A stretch of 64,000 nucleotides of DNA from a virus, in the IMG/VR virus record IMGVR_UViG_3300044844_000928. The stretch is one strand, 5' to 3'. The notes beneath the pieces are model-generated. The model did no database searches and was not told where the DNA came from. It saw nothing but the letters and a program-made list of their open reading frames with translations. The position numbers were made by a program, and so were the translations under genes. Below are positions 57,466-64,000 of this stretch, in pieces. Each line of letters opens with the position of its first letter. Position 1 is the first letter of the stretch.

Positions 57466-60072
57466 ATGTATAAAAACGTTTTTAAATATGGCGATAAAAT
57501 TTATTGTGTATCCACAAGTGGCACAGATGTTGTTGATTTTAAGCCTACTCTTTACGTCAGCGCATCTAAAGATAAGTCATCTGAGTTTAAAACCTTATTG
57601 ACAGGTGAATCTGTTTATCCTATCCAGCCAGGAACGATGAAAGATACAGATAAATTTATAGATGATTATAAACATGTCAGCGGCTTTAGTGTACATGGGT
57701 GCACTAATTACACAAATCAGTTTATCCGTTCAGAGTTTCCAGGAAAGATTGATTTTGATATGGATGATATTAGGGTATTAGCGATTGACATCGAGACTAC
57801 GATTGAAAACGGCTTTCCTGATTATAAAAATCCGGTTGAAGAAGTATTACTTGTCACATTGATTGACTTTAACACAAAAACCAAACATACATTTGGCTGT
57901 AATAACTACACGTCCGATTTGACTGATTATCATCATTTTGATAGTGAAAAGGCGCTACTTCGCGCAGTCGTTGACTTTTGGAAAAATGACTATCCTGATA
58001 TTATTACCGGTTGGAATTCAAACTATTTCGATATTCCATATCTGTATAATAGAATGGTAAAGGTTATCGGCAAAGATTATGCTAATAAACTATCACCATT
58101 CAGTATAGTTAAAGGAGCGCCACCCAAAAGTCCATCAGGTAAGGCTTTTCTTAAAGAGGGTGAAGATAAAAATATCACCATCAGATTGTATGGTATCGCA
58201 AATTTAGATTATATGGATTTGTTTAAAAAGTATGCTCAGACTAAGTATGAGTCTTACAGGTTAGATTTTATCACGCAGGAAGTATTGGGTCACGCTAAAC
58301 TTGAACATAACGAGTTTGATGGGTTTAAACATTTTTATCTTGGTATTCCTATTCCTGATAAAGACGGTAATGATATTCAAAAGTTAGCCTATGAACAATC
58401 GTTGTTGCCAGAAAATAGTGCTGATTATAATAGACTGGGCAGTGTAATTAAGCAGTTATCATGGAATAAGTTTGTAGACTATAACGTAATCGATACAGAG
58501 TTGATTACTCAGCTTGAAGATGAAAAAAATATGGTTCGTCTTCAGATTGGTATTGCATACGCGGCTAAAATTAATTATGAAGATGTATTCTCGCCAGTAG
58601 GCATTTGGGAGTCGTTATCATATAATTATCTTGCTGATAAAAATATTGCTATTCCTTTACACAAACGTTCAGCTAAAAAAGAACAGTATCGCGGCGCGTA
58701 TGTTAAAGAGCCAAAAATAGGTAAACATAAATGCGTTGCGTCATTCGACTTAGCATCTCTATATCCTCATTTGATTCAGCAGTATAACATCAGTCCTGAA
58801 ATGTTAACTGGTGTATTCCTTGACTTTGATACAGACTACTTTGTTGACGAGAAACCTTTACCTAATAACGGGTTGGCTATTTCTGGTTCTGGTTGGTGTT
58901 TTAAACGTGATACACAGGGGTTCATTCCTGCTATTATGGAATTATACTATAATGAAAGAAATACGGCTAAAAAGGAAATGCTTCAGTTAGAGCAGCAGTA
59001 TGAGCTGACTAAAGATAAAGAAATGGGTAAACGTATCGCCATTTTATCTACTATGGAGCAGGCGTATAAAATTGGTATCTTGAACTCAGGTTATGGCGCG
59101 TTTGGTGAAGCCAACTTCTTGTTCTTCGATATTAAATTAGCTGAAGCGATTACGATGTCTGGTAAACTGGCGGTGTTGTGGGTAGGTAAACATGTATCTA
59201 AAAAAATTAATCAAGTTTTAGGTACTACGGGCGTTGATTACATTTTGTACAGTGATACAGATTCTATTTATGTTGCGTTAGATAACGTTGTACAAAATTC
59301 TCCGGTAAAAGATAAACCAACTGAAGATATTATTAATTTTATGGATATGTTCTGTAAAAATATTATACAGCCTACCATTACAGAATGTTATGATAATCTT
59401 GCGGCTTATACCTACGCATATGAAAATAAAATGTCTATGAAGCGAGAAGTATTAGCTGACGTTGGTATTTGGCATGGTAAGAAAAAATATGTACTTTCTG
59501 TGTGGGATTCAGAGGGCGTTAGATATGCTAAACCTAAGAAAAAAGTCATTGGGTTGGAGTTGGTTAAATCGTCTACACCAATCAAAGTTAAAGAGTCGTT
59601 ACGCGATTCGTTAGATATCGTATTGTATGGTAAAGAATCTGATTTACAAAAACATGTGTCTAAATTTAAAGACCGGTATAATTCATTTACAGCTGAAGAA
59701 ATTGCTATTCCGACTGGGGTTAATGGGTGTAAAAAGTATGCCGGAGATTCTTCTGTTTACTTATCTGGTACTCCAATTGGTGTAAGGGCGGCGCTATTAT
59801 ACAATTTCTATGTTAAACAAAAAAAGCTAGATAAGCAGTATGAGTTGATATCAGATGGTAATAAAATCAAATATTTGTATCTTGATAAGAAAAATCCTAT
59901 TAAAGAAAACGTCATTGGGTTTAATAACGTATTACCGCCAGAGCTAGGTCTACACAAATATATCGATAAAAATACGATGTTCACTAAATCATATACGAAT
60001 TTAATGGATATTTTAATTGCGCCGTTAGGTTGGACGGCTGAAGAAAAAGCGACACTTGAGGATTTTTTCTGA
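57466..60072 (+). CDS. 43: Family B DNA polymerase gp43
   Basis: DIET, GWN...FDIPY, SFDLASLYP, NSGYG, YSDTDS, TLEDFF clamp-binding tail. Confidence 0.97.
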   Translation: MYKNVFKYGDKIYCVSTSGTDVVDFKPTLYVSASKDKSSEFKTLLTGESVYPIQPGTMKDTDKFIDDYKHVSGFSVHGCTNYTNQFIRSEFPGKIDFDMDDIRVLAIDIETTIENGFPDYKNPVEEVLLVTLIDFNTKTKHTFGCNNYTSDLTDYHHFDSEKALLRAVVDFWKNDYPDIITGWNSNYFDIPYLYNRMVKVIGKDYANKLSPFSIVKGAPPKSPSGKAFLKEGEDKNITIRLYGIANLDYMDLFKKYAQTKYESYRLDFITQEVLGHAKLEHNEFDGFKHFYLGIPIPDKDGNDIQKLAYEQSLLPENSADYNRLGSVIKQLSWNKFVDYNVIDTELITQLEDEKNMVRLQIGIAYAAKINYEDVFSPVGIWESLSYNYLADKNIAIPLHKRSAKKEQYRGAYVKEPKIGKHKCVASFDLASLYPHLIQQYNISPEMLTGVFLDFDTDYFVDEKPLPNNGLAISGSGWCFKRDTQGFIPAIMELYYNERNTAKKEMLQLEQQYELTKDKEMGKRIAILSTMEQAYKIGILNSGYGAFGEANFLFFDIKLAEAITMSGKLAVLWVGKHVSKKINQVLGTTGVDYILYSDTDSIYVALDNVVQNSPVKDKPTEDIINFMDMFCKNIIQPTITECYDNLAAYTYAYENKMSMKREVLADVGIWHGKKKYVLSVWDSEGVRYAKPKKKVIGLELVKSSTPIKVKESLRDSLDIVLYGKESDLQKHVSKFKDRYNSFTAEEIAIPTGVNGCKKYAGDSSVYLSGTPIGVRAALLYNFYVKQKKLDKQYELISDGNKIKYLYLDKKNPIKENVIGFNNVLPPELGLHKYIDKNTMFTKSYTNLMDILIAPLGWTAEEKATLEDFF

Positions 60073-60335
60073 TGAATGAATTATATTATATTTTACAAGA
60101 AGAATGCGGCGAGGTTATCCAAGCTGTATCTAAGATTTTACGGTTTGGATATGATGATGAGTATAAAGGCGTTAAAAACTCAACGAGGTTAACAGAAGAA
60201 CTCGGAGATTTATTGGCTATGGTGTATCTATTAGAGGAAAATGATTTAATAGATTTAGAGGAAGTGTTAAAATGTTCTGAAAAAAAGTTTGAAAAACTTG
60301 AAAAGTGGTCTAACATAAAGCGCAAGAAAAGATAA
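60072..60335 (+). CDS. MazG-like NTP pyrophosphohydrolase
   Basis: LQEECGEVIQA.SK..RFG..EELGDL. Confidence 0.8.
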   Translation: MNELYYILQEECGEVIQAVSKILRFGYDDEYKGVKNSTRLTEELGDLLAMVYLLEENDLIDLEEVLKCSEKKFEKLEKWSNIKRKKR

Positions 60336-60338
60336 AAT

Positions 60339-60373
60339 AATGCCCGAAACCTTAACCGGAATCGGGCATTTTT
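60339..60373. terminator. Bidirectional terminator
   Basis: AATGCCCGA...TCGGGCATTTTT between convergent genes. Confidence 0.75.
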
Positions 60374-60384
60374 ACACCTACGAA

Positions 60385-61572
60385 TTAGCCTGTTGTAAAT
60401 GTGCTAGGGATAGGTAATGCAGTGACAGCGGTTGAAACAACTTTGTTAGATGCGGCTCCACTTGTAAACGGAATAAAGTTCAAAGAACCGTAAAGTAAAA
60501 CTGAACCAGCTACACCATAAACAGCTCTACCAGTTCCAGTAGGGATTTGGAATGCCACGTTACCTATAATAGCAGTTGAGCCGGTCTGGTTCAACTTGAT
60601 ACCATTAGAGTTAGCCGCTGAATTTGTTATAGAACTATTTGTTACTGTAAGTGTTCCTGTACCATAAGCTTCTACACAAACGTCGCCATTTGCATTCAAT
60701 TCAGAATTAGCAAAGGCTAATGATGCACCAGAAGATACAGCACCAACTTGAGTTGCTCCACTTGTTTCTACGTTAGTAAAATCCGCAGTTCCCTTTGAGA
60801 TTTTGAAACAGTAAACGTCACCAGTTCCAGTATGAGATACTTTAAGGTCTGAACCATGGATAACTGATAATTTGCCATCGCTTGCGCGAACGCCGGTGTT
60901 ATCGGCTAAAATACCATAACCACCAGCATCAGTTAAAGGGGTTGTGCCGGTTTGATTACCAGAAGCAGTTAACCATAAATCTTTAACCATTAAACGTTGC
61001 GCATTAGCACCTGTGAAATAGATAGCGGCTTTTTGCGATGCAGCAACAATAGCTAACCCAACTATGGCAAAATGATTAGCATCTAACGCAGAAGTTGTTG
61101 CGTTAGAGCCGTTAATCGTTACTGTGCCAGATAAGTAAATTGGAGTATGGATACTGCCTTGGTTACCAATTAGGAATACGTGTCCACGAGTTAAGGTGAC
61201 ATTTTCTGTAATAGAACTTTGAATCACAATAAAAATAGGGTTAACTTCACCTGATAACAGCGTCCCAGCCGCTATTCTAGCTTCTATAGCGGCTTGCGCG
61301 GCGGCTATAGTCAAAAACGGCTTAATGATTGAACCTGTAGCTGTATATGTATCTGTTCGTTTTGAATCAACATAAAAGTTGTTTGTTACAGGATAGTCGT
61401 TAGGCGTTACCGGTATCCCAGAAGGATCTGTTCCACCCTGCGATGTACCGTCAGATAATCTTAAAGCGCCGGTTGCAGGATCGTAAAATAAATCACCTGT
61501 ATTGCCTATGAAAGTAGAAGCAGTGCTTCCACCTAATTTTTCACTGTACACACGATATACGGTGTTTGTCAT
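60385..61572 (-). CDS. Late structural protein with a probable beta-helix (tail spike-like)
   Basis: FIG..GDLFYDP....LRLSDG.S.GG N-terminus; YVD..R...GS...PF.TI.AA beta-helix entry motif. Confidence 0.6.
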   Translation of the reverse strand: MTNTVYRVYSEKLGGSTASTFIGNTGDLFYDPATGALRLSDGTSQGGTDPSGIPVTPNDYPVTNNFYVDSKRTDTYTATGSIIKPFLTIAAAQAAIEARIAAGTLLSGEVNPIFIVIQSSITENVTLTRGHVFLIGNQGSIHTPIYLSGTVTINGSNATTSALDANHFAIVGLAIVAASQKAAIYFTGANAQRLMVKDLWLTASGNQTGTTPLTDAGGYGILADNTGVRASDGKLSVIHGSDLKVSHTGTGDVYCFKISKGTADFTNVETSGATQVGAVSSGASLAFANSELNANGDVCVEAYGTGTLTVTNSSITNSAANSNGIKLNQTGSTAIIGNVAFQIPTGTGRAVYGVAGSVLLYGSLNFIPFTSGAASNKVVSTAVTALPIPSTFTTG

Positions 61573-61574
61573 TT

Positions 61575-61847
61575 TTATTCCTTATCGGATTGATTATTAA
61601 ATTCGTTCTTTTCTTTTAACTCTAGTATGACGTTAACCTTTTGGTGTAGCCTTATCATATCATTTGTCATATATCCAACTCTTCTATCAAGCTTTTCTAT
61701 TATAGTATTACATTCCTCAATAGCAAGTAATATTGTGTTCAAAATAAATTTTATGGTTAAGAATACAAAATAACCGGCGGCGGCGCAAGATACTATAGGA
61801 AATCCAACTTTCGAAATTATACCTAACAAACTTGTGATGTCGTCCAT
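61575..61847 (-). CDS. Membrane-anchored coiled-coil protein (holin-like)
   Basis: GFPI..AAAGYFVFLTIKFIL; late promoter CTAAATA at 61877-61883 on the minus strand. Confidence 0.5.
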   Translation of the reverse strand: MDDITSLLGIISKVGFPIVSCAAAGYFVFLTIKFILNTILLAIEECNTIIEKLDRRVGYMTNDMIRLHQKVNVILELKEKNEFNNQSDKE

Positions 61848-61967
61848 GTAGTATATCCTTTTTTAATTTATTTAATTATTTAGCAAAAATAAAGCTTTAC
61901 TTTTCGAAAATTAGTAGTATAATAGATCTTAATGAAGTTAAACCTTAATGATAAACCGGAGAGAAAA

Positions 61968-62410
61968 ATGACAAACTATGACGAAAACCGTATTAAATCT
62001 GCAATTGTTAAACTTGAAGACGCGTTAGCAATTATTGAGCAAGTTAATGATTCTAAAGGAGTTTCCGAAGAATACGAAATACTTTTAGATTTAGTTCGCG
62101 CGTTAACTTGTAATCAAATTAAAAGAATAAATTTAAAAAAGTGCTTGCTTTAAAGCAAGCACTAAGGTATAATGAATCATACTTAATAAAGGAGAGAGAA
62201 ATGACTAAATTAAATGCTGAAGTAATTATTAAACAATTAGAGGACTACAATATGAAACAATGGCTTAAAGAATTTGTTCACAATGTTATCGTTCACCCAT
62301 TAATGATGTTCATGCCGGCAAAATATGCTAACTTGTTACATGATCGTAATGCTACATGGACATTTGAATTAGGACGTTACGACGAGCTGCAGCTCGAAGG
62401 CAAGAAGTAA
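61968..62410 (+). CDS. Early hypothetical ORFs (61968-62153 and 62201-62410)
   Basis: GGAG RBSs behind promoters. Confidence 0.5.
62140..62180 (+). promoter_or_regulatory. Class C promoter TTGCTT-17-TATAAT overlapped by a 24-bp palindrome
   Basis: AGTGCTTGCTTT/AAAGCAAGCACT at 62140-62163; TAAGGTATAATGAATCATA is shared with the promoter at 62444. Confidence 0.7.
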
Positions 62411-62443
62411 TTACCAATTTAACAATTATTTCTAATAAAGTGA

Positions 62444-62472
62444 TTGACATCTAATAACAGTTAAGGTATAAT
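62444..62472 (+). promoter_or_regulatory. Perfect sigma70 consensus promoter
   Basis: TTGACA-17-TATAAT. Confidence 0.85.
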
Positions 62473-62492
62473 GAATCATAATTAAATTAAAC

Positions 62493-62643
62493 GAAACGCT
62501 TTCAGGACGGCTTTGCTGGTGACCGATTCCAGCTTAACGATAGTTTGGCGAGTAGGGTGGTTCCTATGGTCTGGACTAGTCGGGATACCATACTGCTGAC
62601 CACAGTTACTGGCGAAAACCCAGTGCCGTCCTGAAAGCGTTTC
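62493..62643 (+). ncRNA. Putative ~150-nt structured RNA
   Basis: Perfect 19-bp closing stem and internal hairpins, GC-rich, just downstream of a promoter. Confidence 0.75.
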
Positions 62644-62664
62644 CTAAAATAGTGGAGAATAAAA

Positions 62665-62874
62665 ATGTTAGAGATAAAATTAACCGGCGCTGTTCTTACT
62701 GTTATTGAAAGACTTCATTTTTTTACTGAAACTCGCACCAGATTTTGGTACTACAATATTGATACATGGTGTAAAAATCGTAACGGTAAAGAAAACGAAC
62801 TAATGGATTTTGAATGCGACCAAGGCACTATTGACTGGGTAAGAAAATACTACTTCCCAAAAGTTGGGCTTTAA
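62665..62874 (+). CDS. Hypothetical protein
   Basis: GGAG RBS. Confidence 0.55.
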   Translation: MLEIKLTGAVLTVIERLHFFTETRTRFWYYNIDTWCKNRNGKENELMDFECDQGTIDWVRKYYFPKVGL

Positions 62875-62882
62875 AATAAAAC

Positions 62883-62942
62883 TTTACTTTATGTTTCTAA
62901 ACACGTATAATAGCCTAGTCGGGCGTGAATTGAGGTTAAGCG
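62883..62942 (+). repeat. Class A element, copy 5
   Basis: TTTACT at 62883, TATAAT at 62906, 31-mer to 62942. Confidence 0.9.
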
Positions 62943-62966
62943 CCTTATTATTCTATAGGATTAAAA

Positions 62967-63552
62967 ATGAAAATAAAAATTGATAACACCGTTGTACCGC
63001 CTAATGAATCTATCGTTATAGATAATTCTGATATATGGGATATGGATATCACTCTTTGTAAAATTATCCATCCTATGTTAGTTAGGTATAAAGAAAAAAG
63101 CACAGGTTATCCTAGTGTGTTTGATTCTACTGAGTTTACCGAAGACGAAAATAAAATGCGTTGGAACGATACCCTTGACGCTATGATATATTCGTTTAAG
63201 GAATATCCTACACATCAAATGCACTTAGGTGATAACGATAAAGACGCAAAAATTAAATTCGGCATAGACTTATTTGCGGAATATTTTTATAATTTATGGG
63301 ATTGATATGCTAACTGTTGTTGAGTTGAGAAAGAAACTTTATTTTTTAAAGGGCGTTAACGAAAATGACCCAACGATAAATTTGGCAGAATTATGTGAGT
63401 TATATTTTGAGGAATTTATCGGCGGTATTACCCTACGGGAATTCAAAGTTAGATTATTTGACTTTATGAACGAAGATATGAAAGTTGATGAATCTGTCCT
63501 TAATAGATTGATAAAACATAAACCTGCTAACAGGGTATTCAAATATGGATAA
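62967..63552 (+). CDS. Hypothetical proteins (62967-63305 and 63307-63552)
   Basis: D.W.MD.TL..II.P.L and G..LF..Y...LWD motifs in the first ORF. Confidence 0.55.
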
Positions 63553-64000
63553 TATTAGAGAAAAATTCGATTCTATTTGTTATCAGCTGGCTACTGAAAC
63601 TGCGCGGCTTAAATGGAAAGAAGATGAGGTTGAACGATCGCGTGAGCGTATTCTCCAACTAAAAATTGAAAAGGCAATTATTGGGCGAGAAATAACTTTG
63701 GGATTAATAGAAAATGACTAAAGATGAAACGAATGAATTAATTGATAGACTGACAGATATCATATCATATTCTAAATTGAATAATCTATTTTATGAAGTA
63801 GTGAATAAAAACTTCACGCCGGCGCTTGTTAATTTTGATGTGCTTAGTAATGAAACTTTATGGGAAGGGATTGACCCAAAATTCAAATATCTGGCGTTAG
63901 AATTAGAATCTGACTTAGTTGATGATATTTATACTTTGTATTACTTTGAAGAAGAACCGGCTTATGTTTACGGCATATGGGATACTGATGGTCATTTTAT

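Noticed and set aside
7396-62942. The 31-nt repeat as a CRISPR array
   Set aside because: The copies are solitary and kilobases apart, with no repeat-spacer periodicity and no cas genes.
1-64000. Stop-codon reassignment
   Set aside because: Core genes (gp18, gp20, gp23, gp43) are full length in the standard code and no suppressor tRNA is seen.

Overview
This is a 64 kb, AT-rich segment of a large T4-like myophage. It carries an intact gammaproteobacterial-type pmoC, so it is a pmoC-phage that probably infects an aerobic methanotroph (Methylococcales). From 1 to 33.7 kb lies the late/structural region: VrlC-like proteins, two tail-fibre/chaperone modules, putative lysis genes, a lipase, gp13-15 and gp18-23; terminase gp16/17 is missing from its usual place. 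From 33.8 to 64 kb lie uvsY, gp3, a C-terminally truncated uvsW, gp45/44/62, regA, an ncRNA/tRNA cluster, pmoC, hsp20, phoH, four free-standing homing-endonuclease-like genes, putative internal head proteins, DexA-like exonuclease, gp43 and many small early ORFs. The most unusual signals are non-coding. (1) A ~110-bp cassette with convergent late promoters and a covarying RNA structure is fused to the 5' end of three nuclease genes from two different families. (2) An invariant 31-nt element follows a sigma70-type promoter at five dispersed sites, all pointing away from a non-coding region with inverted IHF-consensus sites at ~35.2 kb. (3) Two ~280-nt tandem units of structured RNA, with conserved scaffolds and variable inserts, sit ahead of the tRNAs. 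(4) A ~150-nt RNA closed by a perfect 19-bp stem has its own consensus promoter. All calls come from reading the sequence by eye; no searches or folding programs were run.
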